From Eledone cirrhosa (Eukaryota): a stretch of 64,000 nucleotides of DNA. The stretch spans positions 136,152,001 to 136,216,000 of the forward strand of contig OZ024744.1 of assembly GCA_964016885.1 (NCBI GenBank). Direction: 5' to 3'. This document shows, piece after piece, positions 1 to 14,500 of the stretch. The translations under genes and the position numbers were made by a program. Every line of letters begins with the position of its first letter. Position 1 is the stretch's first letter. The notes beneath the pieces were generated by a model. That model worked only from the letters and a program-made list of their open reading frames with translations, searched no databases and was not told where the DNA came from.

Positions 1-2581
1 GTTTATCTACAGAATAGAAGAAGTGGAGATCATGATAGAAGAAATAACATGAATCCAGAGGAGAGAGAAGTTTATCTGCAGAAAAGAAGTGGAGATCATG
101 ACAGAAGAAATAACAGGAATCCAGAGGAGAGAGAAGTTTATCTACAGAATAGAAGTGGAGATCATGGTAGAAGAAATAACATGAATCCAGAGGAGAGAGA
201 AGTTTATCTACAGAATAAAAGAAGTGGAGATCATGGTAGAAGAAATAACATGAATCCAGAGGAGAGATAAGCTTATCTACAGAATAGAAGTGGAGATCAT
301 GGTAGAAGAAATAACATGAATCCAGAGGAGAGAGAAGTTTATCTACAGAATAGAAGAAGTGGAGATCATGATAGAAGAAATAACATGAATCCAGAGGAGA
401 GAGAAGTTTATCTACAGAATAGAAGAAGTGGAGATCATGACAGAAGAAATAACAGGAATCCAGAGGAGAGAGAAGTTTATCTACAGAATAGAAGTGGAGA
501 TCATGGTAGAAGAAATAACATGAATCCAGAGGAGAGAGAAGCTTATCTACAGGATAGAAGAAGTGGAGATCGTGGTAGAAGAAATAACAGGAATCCAGAG
601 GAGAGAGAAGTTTATCTACAGAATAAAAGAAGTGGAGATCATGGTAGAAGAAATAACATGAATCCAGAGGAGAGAGAAGCTTATCTACAGAATAGAAGTG
701 GAGATCATGGTAGAAGAAATAACATGAATCCAGAGGAGAGAGAAGTTTATCTACAGAATAAAAGAAGTGGAGATCATGGTAGAAGAAATAACATGAATCC
801 AGCGGAGAGAGAAGCTTATCTACAGAATAGAAGTGGAGATCATGGTAGAAGAAATAACATGAATCCAGAGGAGAGAGAAGTATTTCTACAGAATAGAAGA
901 AGTGGAGATCATGGTAGAAGAAATAACATGAATCCAGAGGAGAGAGAGGCTTATCTACAGAATAGAAGTGGAAATCATGATAGAAGAAATAACATGAATC
1001 CAGAGGAGAGAGAAGCTTATCTACAGAATAGAAGTGGAGATCATGATAGAAGAAATAACATGAATCCAGAGGAGAGAGAAGCTTATCTACAGAATAGAAG
1101 TGGAGATCATGATAGAAGAAATAACATGAATCCAGAGGAGAGAGAAGCTTATCTACAGAATAGAAGTGGAGATCATGATAGAAGAAATAACATGAATCCA
1201 GAGGAGAGAGAAGTATTTCTACAGAATAGAAGAAGTGGAGATCATGGTAGGAGAAATAACATGAATCCAGAGGAGAGAGAAGCTTATCTACAGAATAGAA
1301 GAAGTGGAGATCATGATAGAAGAAATAACATGAATCCAGAGGAGAGAGAAGCTTCTCTACAGAATAGAAGTGGAGATCATGGTAGAAGAAATAACATGAA
1401 TCCAGAGGAGAGAGAAGTTTATCTACAGAATAGAAGAAGTGGAGATCATGATAGAAGAAATAACATGAATCCAGAGGAGAGAGAAGTTTATCTACAGAAT
1501 AGAAGAAGTGGAGATCATGGTAGAAGAAATAACAGGAATCCAGAGGAGAGAGAAGTTTATCTACAGAATAGAAGAAGTGGAGATCATGATAGAAGAAATA
1601 ACATGAATCCAGAGGAGAGAGAAGTTTATCTACAGAAAAGAAGTGGAGATCATGACAGAAGAAATAACAGGAATCCAGAGGAGAGAGAAGTTTATCTACA
1701 GAATAGAAGTGGAGATCATGGTAGAAGAAATAACATGAATCCAGAGGAGAGAGAAGTTTATCTACAGAATAGAAGTGGAGATCATGATAGAAGAAATAAC
1801 ATGAATCCAGAGGAGAGAGTAGCTTATCTACAGAATAGAAGAAGTGGAGATCATGATAGAAGAAATAACATGAATCCAGAGGAGAGAGAAGCTTCTCTAC
1901 AGAATAAAAGTGGAGATCATGGTAGAAGAAATAACATGAATCCAGAGGAGAGAGAAGCTTATCTACAGAATAGAAGTGGAGATCATGGTAGAAGAAATAA
2001 CATGAATCCAGAGGAGAGAGAAGTTTATCTACAGAATAGAAGAAGTGGAGATCATGATAGAAGAAATAACATGAATCCAGAGGAGAGAGAAGCTTATCTA
2101 CAGAATAGAAGAAGTGGAGATCATGATAGAAGAAATAACATGAATCCAGAGGAGAGAGAAGCTTCTCTACAGAATAGAAGTGGAGATCATGGTAGAAGAA
2201 ATAACATGAATCCAGAGGAGAGAGAAGCTTATCTACAGAATAGAAGAAGTAGAGATCATGATAGAAGAAATAACATGAATCCAGAGGAGAGAGAAGCTTC
2301 TCTACAGAATAGAAGTGGAGATCATGGTAGAAGAAATAACATGAATCCAGAGGAGAGAGAAGTTTATCTACAGAATAGAAGAAGTGGAGATCATGATAGA
2401 AGAAATAACATGAATCCAGAGGAGAGAGAAGTTTATCTACAGAATAGAAGTGGAGATCATGATAGAAGAAATAACATGAATCCAGAGGAGAGAGAAGCTT
2501 ATCTACAGAATAGAAGAAGTGGAGATCATGATAGAAGAAATAACATGAATCCAGAGGAGAGAGAAGCTTCTCTACAGAATA

Positions 2582-5500
2582 GAAGTGGAGATCATGGTAG
2601 AAGAAATAACATGAATCCAGAGGAGAGAGAAGTTTATCTACAGAATAGAAGTGGAGATCATGGTAGAAGAAATAACATGAATCCAGAGGAGAGAGAAGTT
2701 TATCTACAGAATAAAAGAAGTGGAGATCATGGTAGAAGAAATAACATGAATCCAGAGGAGAGAGAAGTTTATCTACAGAATAGAAGTGGAGATCATGATA
2801 GAAGAAATAACATGAATCCAGAGGAGAGAGTAGCTTATCTACAGAATAGAAGAAGTGGAGATCATGATAGAAGAAATAACATGAATCCAGAGGAGAGAGA
2901 AGCTTCTCTACAGAATAGAAGTGGAGATCATGGCAGAAGAAATAACATGAATCCAGAGGAGAGAGAAGCTTATCTACAGAATAGAAGAAGTAGAGATCAT
3001 GATAGAAGAAATAACATGAATCCAGAGGAGAGAGAAGCTTCTCTACAGAATAGAAGTGGAGATCATGGTAGAAGAAATAACATGAATCCAGAGGAGAGAG
3101 AAGTTTATCTACAGAATAGAAGAAGTGGAGATCATGATAGAAGAAATAACATGAATCCAGAGGAGAGAGAAGCTTATCTACAGAATAGAAGTGGAGATCA
3201 TGATAGAAGAAATAACATGAATCCAGAGGAGAGAGTAGCTTATCTACAGAATAGAAGTGGAGATCATGATAGAAGAAATAACATGAATCCAGAGGAGAGA
3301 GAAGTATTTCTACAGAATAGAAGAAGTGGAGATCATGGTAGAAGAAATAACATGAATCCAGAGGAGAGAGAAGTTTATCTACAGAATAGAAGTGGAGATC
3401 ATGATAGAAGAAATAACATGAATCCAGAGGAGAGAGTAGCTTATCTACAGAATAGAAGAAGTGGAGATCATGATATAAGAAAAAACATGAATCCAGAGGA
3501 GAGAGAGGCTTCTCTACAGAATAGAAGTGGAGATCATGGTAGAAGAAATAACATGAATCCAGAGGAGAGAGAAGCTTATCTACAGAATAGAAGAAGTAGA
3601 GATCATGATAGAAGAAATAACATGAATCCAGAGGAGAGAGAAGTTTATCTACAGAATAGAAGTGGAGATCATGATAGAAGAAATAACATGAATCCAGAGG
3701 AGAGAGAAGCTTATCTACAGAATAGAAGAAGTGGAGATCATGATAGAAGAAATAACATGAATCCAGGAGAGAGAGAAGTATTTCTACAGAATAGAAGAAG
3801 TGGAGATCATGATAGAAGAAATAACATGAATCCAGAGGAGAGAGAAGCTTCTCTACAGAATAGAAGTGGAGATCATGGTAGAAGAAATAACATGAATCCA
3901 GAGGAGAGAGAAGCTTATCTACAGAATAGAAGAAGTAGAGATCATGATAGAAGAAATAACATGAATCCAGAGGAGAGAGAAGTTTATCTACAGAATAAAA
4001 GAAGTGGAGATCATGGTAGAAGAAATAACATGAATCCAGAGGAGAGAGAAGTTTATCTACAGAATAAAAGAAGTGGAGATCATGGTAGAAGAAATAACAT
4101 GAATCCAGAGGAGAGATAGGCTTATCTACAGAATAGAAGTGGAAATCATGATAGAAGAAATAACATGAATCCAGAGGAGATCATGATAGAAGAAATAACA
4201 TGAATCCAGAGGAGAGAGAAGCTTATCTACAGAATAGAAGTGGAGATCATGATAGAAGAAATAACATGAATCCAGAGGAGAGAGAAGCTTATCTACAGAA
4301 TAGAAGTGGAGATCATGATAGAAGAAATAACATGAATTCAGAGGAGAGAGAAGTATTTCTACAGAATAGAAGAAGTGGAGATCATGGTAGAAGAAATAAC
4401 ATGAATCCAGAGGAGAGAGAAGTTTATCTACAGAATAGAAGTGGAGATCATGATAGAAGAAATAACATGAATCCAGAGGAGAGAGTAGCTTATCTACAGA
4501 ATAGAAGAAGTGGAGATCATGATAGAAGAAATAACATGAATCCAGAGGAGAGAGAAGCTTCTCTACAGAATAGAAGTGGAGATCATGGTAGAAGAAATAA
4601 CATGAATCCAGAGGAGAGAGAAGCTTATCTACAGAACAGAAGAAGTGCAGATCATGATAGAAGAAATAACATGAATCCAGAGGAGAGAGAAGCTTCTCTA
4701 CAGAATAGAAGTGGAGATCATGGTAGAAGAAATAACATGAATCCAGAGGAGAGAGAAGTTTATCTACAGAATAGAAGAAGTGGAGATCATGATAGAAGAA
4801 ATAACATGAATCCAGAGGAGAGAGAAGTTTATCTACAGAATAGAAGAAGTGGAGATCATGGTAGAAGAAATAACAGGAATCCAGAGGAGAGAGAAGTTTA
4901 TCTACAGAATAGAAGTGGAGATCATGATAGAAGAAATAACATGAATCCAGAGGAGAGAGAAGTTTATCTACAGAATAGAAGAAGTGGAGATCATGATAGA
5001 AGAAATAACATGAATCCAGAGGAGAGAGAAGCTTCTCTACAGAATAGAAGTGGAGATCATGGTAGAAGAAATAACAGGAATCCAGAGGAGAGAGAAGTTT
5101 ATCTACAGAATAGAAGAAGTGGAGATCATGATAGAAGAAATAACATGAATCCAGAGGAGAGAGAAGCTTCTCTACAGAATAGAAGTGGAGATCATGGTAG
5201 AAGAAATAACATGAATCCAGAGGAGAGAGAAGTTTATCTACAGAATAGAAGTGGAGATCATGGTAGAAGAAATAACATGAATCAAGAGGAGAGAGAAGTT
5301 TATCTACAGAATAGAAGTGGAGATCATGATAGAAGAAATAACATGAATCCAGAGGAGAGAGTAGCTTATCTACATAATAGAAGAAGTGGAGATCATGATA
5401 GAAGAAATAACATGAATCCAGAGGAGAGAGAAGCTTCTCTACAGAATAGAAGTGGAGATCATGGTAGAAGAAATAACATGAATCCAGAGGAGAGAGAAGC

Positions 5501-8500
5501 TTATCTACAGAATAGAAGAAGTAGAGATCATGATAGAAGAAATAACATGAATCCAGAGGAGAGAGAAGCTTCTCTACAGAATAGAAGTGGAGATCATGGT
5601 AGAAGAAATAACATGAATCCAGAGGAGAGAGAAGTTTATCTACAGAATAGAAGAAGTGGAGATCATGATAGAAGAAATAACATGAATCCAGAGGAGAGAG
5701 AAGTTTATCTACAGAATAGAAGTGGAGATCATGATAGAAGAAATAACATGAATCCAGAGGAGAGAGAAGCTTATCTACAGAATAGAAGAAGTGGAGATCA
5801 TGATAGAAGAAATAACATGAATCCAGAGGAGAGAGAAGCTTCTCTACAGAATAGAAGTGGAGATCATGGTAGAAGAAATAACATGAATCCAGAGGAGAGA
5901 GAAGTTTATCTACAGAATAGAAGTGGAGATCATGGTAGAAGAAATAACATGAATCCAGAGGAGAGAGAAGTTTATCTACAGAATAAAAGAAGTGGAGATC
6001 ATGGTAGAAGAAATAACATGAATCCAGAGGAGAGAGAAGTTTATCTACAGAATAGAAGTGGAGATCATGATAGAAGAAATAACATGAATCCAGAGGAGAG
6101 AGTAGCTTATCTACAGAATAGAAGAAGTGGAGATCATGATAGAAGAAATAACATGAATCCAGAGGAGAGAGAAGCTTCTCTACAGAATAGAAGTGGAGAT
6201 CATGGCAGAAGAAATAACATGAATCCAGAGGAGAGAGAAGCTTATCTACAGAATAGAAGAAGTAGAGATCATGATAGAAGAAATAACATGAATCCAGAGG
6301 AGAGAGAAGCTTCTCTACAGAATAGAAGTGGAGATCATGGTAGAAGAAATAACATGAATCCAGAGGAGAGAGAAGTTTATCTACAGAATAGAAGAAGTGG
6401 AGATCATGATAGAAGAAATAACATGAATCCAGAGGAGAGAGAAGTTTATCTACAGAATAGAAGTGGAGATCATGATAGAAGAAACAACATGAATCCAGAG
6501 GAGAGAGAAGCTTATCTACAGAATAGAAGAAGTGGAGATCATGATAGAAGAAATAAAATGAATCCAGAGGAGAGAGAAGCTTCTCTACAGAATAGAAGTG
6601 GAGATCATGGTAGAAGAAATAACATGAATCCAGAGGAGAGAGAAGTTTATCTACAGAATAGAAGTGGAGATCATGGTAGAAGAAATAACATGAATCCAGA
6701 GGAGAGAGAAGTTTATCTACAGAATAAAAGAAGTGGAGATCATGGTAGAAGAAATAACATGAATCCAGAGGAGAGAGAAGTTTATCTACAGAATAAAAGA
6801 AGTGGAGATCATGGTAGAAGAAATAACATGAATCCAGAGGAGAGAGAAGTTTATCTACAGAATAGAAGAAGTGGAGATCATGACAGAAGAAATAACAGGA
6901 ATCCAGAGGAGAGAGAAGTTTATCTACAGAATAGAAGTGGAGATCATGGTAGAAGAAATAACATGAATCCAGAGGAGAGAGAAGTTTATCTACAGAATAA
7001 AAGAAGTGGAGATCATGGTAGAAGAAATAACATGAATCCAGAGGAGAGAGAAGTTTATCTACAGAATAAAAGAAGTGGAGATCATGGTAGAAGAAATAAC
7101 ATGAATCCAGAGGAGAGAGAAGTTTATCTACAGAATAAAAGAAGTGGAGATCATGGTAGAAGAAATAACATGAATCCAGAGGAGAGAGAGGCTTATCTAC
7201 AGAATAGAAGTGGAAATCATGATAGAAGAAATAACATGAATCCAGAGGAGATCATGATAGAAGAAATAACATGAATCCAGAGGAGAGAGAAGCTTATCTA
7301 CAGAATAGAAGTGGAGATCATGATAGAAGAAATAACATGAATCCAGAGGAGAGAGAAGCTTATCTACAGAATAGAAGTGGAGATCATGATAGAAGAAATA
7401 ACATGAATCCAGAGGAGAGAGAAGTATTTCTACAGAATAGAAGAAGTGGAGATCATGGTAGGAGAAATAACATGAATCCAGAGGAGAGAGAAGTTTATCT
7501 ACAGAATAGAAGTGGAGATCATGATAGAAGAAATAACATGAATCCAGAGGAGAGAGTAGCTTATCTACAGAATAGAAGAAGTGGAGATCATGATAGAAGA
7601 AATAACATGAATCCAGAGGAGAGAGAAGCTTCTCTACAGAATAGAAGTGGAGATCATGGTAGAAGAAATAACATGAATCCAGAAGAGAGAGAAGCTTATC
7701 TACAGAATAGAAGAAGTGGAGATCATGATAGAAGAAATAACATGAATCCAGAGGAGAGAGAAGCTTCTCTACAGAATAGAAGTGGAGATCATGGTAGAAG
7801 AAATAACATGAATCCAGAGGAGAGAGAAGTTTATCTACAGAATAGAAGAAGTGGAGATCATGATAGAAGAAATAACATGAATCCAGAGGAGAGAGAAGTT
7901 TATCTACAGAATAGAAGAAGTGGAGATCATGGTAGAAGAAATAACAGGAATCCAGAGGAGAGAGAAGTTTATCTACAGAATAGAAGAAGTGGAGATCATG
8001 ATAGAAGAAATAACATGAATCCAGAGGAGAGAGAAGTTTATCTGCAGAAAAGAAGTGGAGATCATGACAGAAGAAATAACAGGAATCCAGAGGAGAGAGA
8101 AGTTTATCTACAAAATAGAAGTGGAGATCATGGTAGAAGAAATAACATGAATCCAGAGGAGAGAGAAGTTTATCTACAGAATAAAAGAAGTGGAGATCAT
8201 GGTAGAAGAAATAACATGAATCCAGAGGAGAGATAAGCTTATCTACAGAATAGAAGTGGAGATCATGGTAGAAGAAATAACATGAATCCAGAGGAGAGAG
8301 AAGTTTATCTACAGAATAAAAGAAGTGGAGATCATGGTAGAAGAAATAACATGAATCCAGAGGAGAGAGAAGTTTATCTACAGAATAGAAGTGGAGATCA
8401 TGATAGAAGAAATAACATGAATCCAGAGGAGAGAGTAGCTTATCTACAGAATAGAAGAAGTGGAGATCATGATAGAAGAAATAACATGAATCCAGAGGAG

Positions 8501-11500
8501 AGAGAAGCTTCTCTACAGAATAGAAGTGGAGATCATGGCAGAAGAAATAACATGAATCCAGAGGAGAGAGAAGCTTATCTACAGAATAGAAGAAGTAGAG
8601 ATCATGATAGAAGAAATAACATGAATCCAGAGGAGAGAGAAGCTTCTCTACAGAATAGAAGTGGAGATCATGGTAGAAGAAATAACATGAATCCAGAGGA
8701 GAGAGAAGTTTATCTACAGAATAGAAGAAGTGGAGATCATGATAGAAGAAATAACATGAATCCAGAGGAGAGAGAAGTTTATCTACAGAATAGAAGTGGA
8801 GATCATGATAGAAGAAACAACATGAATCCAGAGGAGAGAGAAGCTTATCTACAGAATAGAAGAAGTGGAGATCATGATAGAAGAAATAAAATGAATCCAG
8901 AGGAGAGAGAAGCTTCTCTACAGAATAGAAGTGGAGATCATGGTAGAAGAAATAACATGAATCCAGAGGAGAGAGAAGTTTATCTACAGAATAGAAGTGG
9001 AGATCATGGTAGAAGAAATAACATGAATCCAGAGGAGAGAGAAGTTTATCTACAGAATAAAAGAAGTGGAGATCATGGTAGAAGAAATAACATGAATCCA
9101 GAGGAGAGAGAAGTTTATCTACAGAATAAAAGAAGTGGAGATCATGGTAGAAGAAATAACATGAATCCAGAGGAGAGAGAAGTTTATCTACAGAATAGAA
9201 GAAGTGGAGATCATGACAGAAGAAATAACAGGAATCCAGAGGAGAGAGAAGTATATCTACAGAATAGAAGTGGAGATCATGGTAGAAGAAATAACATGAA
9301 TCCAGAGGAGAGAGAAGTTTATCTACAGAATAAAAGAAGTGGAGATCATGGTAGAAGAAATAACATGAATCCAGAGGAGAGAGAAGTTTATCTACAGAAT
9401 AAAAGAAGTGGAGATCATGGTAGAAGAAATAACATGAATCCAGAGGAGAGAGAAGTTTATCTACAGAATAAAAGAAGTGGAGATCATGGTAGAAGAAATA
9501 ACATGAATCCAGAGGAGAGAGAGGCTTATCTACAGAATAGAAGTGGAAATCATGATAGAAGAAATAACATGAATCCAGAGGAGATCATGATAGAAGAAAT
9601 AACATGAATCCAGAGGAGAGAGAAGCTTATCTACAGAATAGAAGTGGAGATCATGATAGAAGAAATAACATGAATCCAGAGGAGAGAGAAGCTTATCTAC
9701 AGAATAGAAGTGGAGATCATGATAGAAGAAATAACATGAATCCAGAGGAGAGAGAAGTATTTCTACAGAATAGAAGAAGTGGAGATCATGGTAGGAGAAA
9801 TAACATGAATCCAGAGGAGAGAGAAGTTTATCTACAGAATAGAAGTGGAGATCATGATAGAAGAAATAACATGAATCCAGAGGAGAGAGTAGCTTATCTA
9901 CAGAATAGAAGAAGTGGAGATCATGATAGAAGAAATAACATGAATCCAGAGGAGAGAGAAGCTTCTCTACAGAATAGAAGTGGAGATCATGGTAGAAGAA
10001 ATAACATGAATCCAGAAGAGAGAGAAGCTTATCTACAGAATAGAAGAAGTGGAGATCATGATAGAAGAAATAACATGAATCCAGAGGAGAGAGAAGCTTC
10101 TCTACAGAATAGAAGTGGAGATCATGGTAGAAGAAATAACATGAATCCAGAGGAGAGAGAAGTTTATCTACAGAATAGAAGAAGTGGAGATCATGATAGA
10201 AGAAATAACATGAATCCAGAGGAGAGAGAAGTTTATCTACAGAATAGAAGAAGTGGAGATCATGGTAGAAGAAATAACAGGAATCCAGAGGAGAGAGAAG
10301 TTTATCTACAGAATAGAAGAAGTGGAGATCATGATAGAAGAAATAACATGAATCCAGAGGAGAGAGAAGTTTATCTGCAGAAAAGAAGTGGAGATCATGA
10401 CAGAAGAAATAACAGGAATCCAGAGGAGAGAGAAGTTTATCTACAGAATAGAAGTGGAGATCATGGTAGAAGAAATAACATGAATCCAGAGGAGAGAGAA
10501 GTTTATCTACAGAATAAAAGAAGTGGAGATCATGGTAGAAGAAATAACATGAATCCAGAGGAGAGATAAGCTTATCTACAGAATAGAAGTGGAGATCATG
10601 GTAGAAGAAATAACATGAATCCAGAGGAGAGAGAAGTTTATCTACAGAATAGAAGAAGTGGAGATCATGATAGAAGAAATAACATGAATCCAGAGGAGAG
10701 AGAAGTTTATCTACAGAATAGAAGAAGTGGAGATCATGACAGAAGAAATAACAGGAATCCAGAGGAGAGAGAAGTTTATCTACAGAATAGAAGTGGAGAT
10801 CATGGTAGAAGAAATAACATGAATCCAGAGGAGAGAGAAGCTTATCTACAGGATAGAAGAAGTGGAGATCGTGGTAGAAGAAATAACAGGAATCCAGAGG
10901 AGAGAGAAGTTTATCTACAGAATAAAAGAAGTGGAGATCATGGTAGAAGAAATAACATGAATCCAGAGGAGAGAGAAGTTTATCTACAGAATAGAAGTGG
11001 AGATCATGGTAGAAGAAATAACATGAATCCAGAGGAGAGAGAAGTTTATCTACAGAATAGAAGAAGTGGAGATCATGATAGAAGAAATAACATGAATCCA
11101 GAGGAGAGAGAAGTTTATCTACAGAATAGAAGAAGTGGAGATCATGATAGAAGAAATAACATGAATCCAGAGGAGAGAGAAGCTTATCTACAGAATAGAA
11201 GAAGTGGAGATCATGATAGAAGAAATAACATGAATCCAGAGGAGAGAGAAGTTTATCTACAGAATAGAAGAAGTGGAGATCATGATAGAAGAAATAACAT
11301 GAATCCAGAGGAGAGAGAAGTTTATCTACAGAATAGAAGTGGAGATCATGATAGAAGAAATAACATGAATCCAGAGGAGAGAGAAGCTTATCTACAGAAT
11401 AGAAGAAGTGGAGATCATGATAGAAGAAATAACATGAATCCAGAGGAGAGAGAAGCTTCTCTACAGAATAGAAGTGGAGATTATGGTAGAAGAAATAACA

Positions 11501-14500
11501 TGAATCCAGAGGAGAGAGAAGTTTATCTACAGAATAGAAGTGGAGATCATGGTAGAAGAAATAACATGAATCCAGCGGAGAGAGAAGCTTATCTACAGAA
11601 TAGAAGTGGAGATCATGGTAGAAGAAATAACATGAATCCAGAGGAGAAAGAAGTTTATCTACAGAATAAAAGAAGTGGAGATCATGGTAGAAGAAATAAC
11701 ATGAATCCAGCGGAGAGAGAAGCTTATCTACAGAATAGAAGTGGAGATCATGGTAGAAGAAATAACATGAATCCAGAGGAGAGAGAAGTATTTCTACAGA
11801 ATAGAAGAAGTGGAGATCATGGTAGAAGAAATAACATGAATCCAGAGGAGAGAGAAGTTTATCTACAGAATAGAAGAAGTGGAGATCATGACAGAAGAAA
11901 TAACAGGAATCCAGAGGAGAGAGAAGTTTATCTACAGAATAGAAGTGGAGATCATGGTAGAAGAAATAACATGAATCCAGAGGAGAGAGAAGTTTATCTA
12001 CAGAATAAAAGAAGTGGAGATCATGGTAGAAGAAATAACATGAATCCAGAGGAGAGAGAAGTTTATCTACAGAATAAAAGAAGTGGAGATCATGGTAGAA
12101 GAAATAACATGAATCCAGAGGAGAGAGAGGCTTATCTACAGAATAGAAGTGGAAATCATGATAGAAGAAATAACATGAATCCAGAGGAGAGAGAAGCTTA
12201 TCTACAGAATAGAAGTGGAGATCATGATAGAAGAAATAACATGAATCCAGAGGAGAGAGAAGCTTATCTACAGAATAGAAGTGGAGATCATGATAGAAGA
12301 AATAACATGAATCCAGAGGAGAGAGAAGCTTATCTACAGAATAGAAGAAGTGGAGATCATGATAGAAGAAATAACATGAATCCAGAGGAGAGAGAAGCTT
12401 CTCTACAGAATAGAAGTGGAGATCATGGTAGAAGAAATAACATGAATCCAGAGGAGAGAGAAGTTTATCTACAGAATAGAAGAAGTGGAGATCATGATAG
12501 AAGAAATAACATGAATCCAGAGGAGAGAGAAGTTTATCTACAGAATAGAAGAAGTGGAGATCATGGTAGAAGAAATAACAGGAATCCAGAGGAGAGAGAA
12601 GTTTATCTACAGAATAGAAGAAGTGGAGATCATGATAGAAGAAATAACATGAATCCAGAGGAGAGAGAAGTTTATCTGCAGAAAAGAAGTGGAGATCATG
12701 ACAGAAGAAATAACAGGAATCCAGAGGAGAGAGAAGTTTATCTACAGAATAGAAGTGGAGATCATGGTAGAAGAAATAACATGAATCCAGAGGAGAGAGA
12801 AGTTTATCTACAGAATAAAAGAAGTGGAGATCATGGTAGAAGAAATAACATGAATCCAGAGGAGAGATAAGCTTATCTACAGAATAGAAGTGGAGATCAT
12901 GGTAGAAGAAATAACATGAATCCAGAGGAGAGAGAAGTTTATCTACAGAATAGAAGAAGTGGAGATCATGATAGAAGAAATAACATGAATCCAGAGGAGA
13001 GAGAAGTTTATCTACAGAATAGAAGAAGTGGAGATCATGACAGAAGAAATAACAGGAATCCAGAGGAGAGAGAAGTTTATCTACAGAATAGAAGTGGAGA
13101 TCATGGTAGAAGAAATAACATGAATCCAGAGGAGAGAGAAGCTTATCTACAGGATAGAAGAAGTGGAGATCGTGGTAGAAGAAATAACAGGAATCCAGAG
13201 GAGAGAGAAGTTTATCTACAGAATAAAAGAAGTGGAGATCATGGTAGAAGAAATAACATGAATCCAGAGGAGAGAGAAGTTTATCTACAGAATAGAAGTG
13301 GAGATCATGGTAGAAGAAATAACATGAATCCAGAGGAGAGAGAAGTTTATCTACAGAATAGAAGAAGTGGAGATCATGATAGAAGAAATAACATGAATCC
13401 AGAGGAGAGAGAAGTTTATCTACAGAATAGAAGAAGTGGAGATCATGATAGAAGAAATAACATGAATCCAGAGGAGAGAGAAGCTTATCTACAGAATAGA
13501 AGAAGTGGAGATCATGATAGAAGAAATAACATGAATCCAGAGGAGAGAGAAGTTTATCTACAGAATAGAAGAAGTGAAGATCATGATAGAAGAAATAACA
13601 TGAATCCAGAGGAGAGAGAAGTTTATCTACAGAATAGAAGTGGAGATCATGATAGAAGAAATAACATGAATCCAGAGGAGAGAGAAGCTTATCTACAGAA
13701 TAGACGAAGTGGAGATCATGATAGAAGAAATAACATGAATCCAGAGGAGAGAGAAGCTTCTCTACAGAATAGAAGTGGAGATTATGGTAGAAGAAATAAC
13801 ATGAATCCAGAGGAGAGAGAAGTTTATCTACAGAATAGAAGTGGAGATCATGGTAGAAGAAATAACATGAATCCAGCGGAGAGAGAAGCTTATCTACAGA
13901 ATAGAAGTGGAGATCATGGTAGAAGAAATAACATGAATCCAGAGGAGAAAGAAGTTTATCTACAGAATAAAAGAAGTGGAGATCATGGTAGAAGAAATAA
14001 CATGAATCCAGCGGAGAGAGAAGCTTATCTACAGAATAGAAGTGGAGATCATGGTAGAAGAAATAACATGAATCCAGAGGAGAGAGAAGTATTTCTACAG
14101 AATAGAAGAAGTGGAGATCATGGTAGAAGAAATAACATGAATCCAGAGGAGAGAGAAGTTTATCTACAGAATAGAAGAAGTGGAGATCATGACAGAAGAA
14201 ATAACAGGAATCCAGAGGAGAGAGAAGTTTATCTACAGAATAGAAGTGGAGATCATGGTAGAAGAAATAACATGAATCCAGAGGAGAGAGAAGTTTATCT
14301 ACAGAATAAAAGAAGTGGAGATCATGGTAGAAGAAATAACATGAATCCAGAGGAGAGAGAAGTTTATCTACAGAATAAAAGAAGTGGAGATCATGGTAGA
14401 AGAAATAACATGAATCCAGAGGAGAGAGAGGCTTATCTACAGAATAGAAGTGGAAATCATGATAGAAGAAATAACATGAATCCAGAGGAGAGAGAAGCTT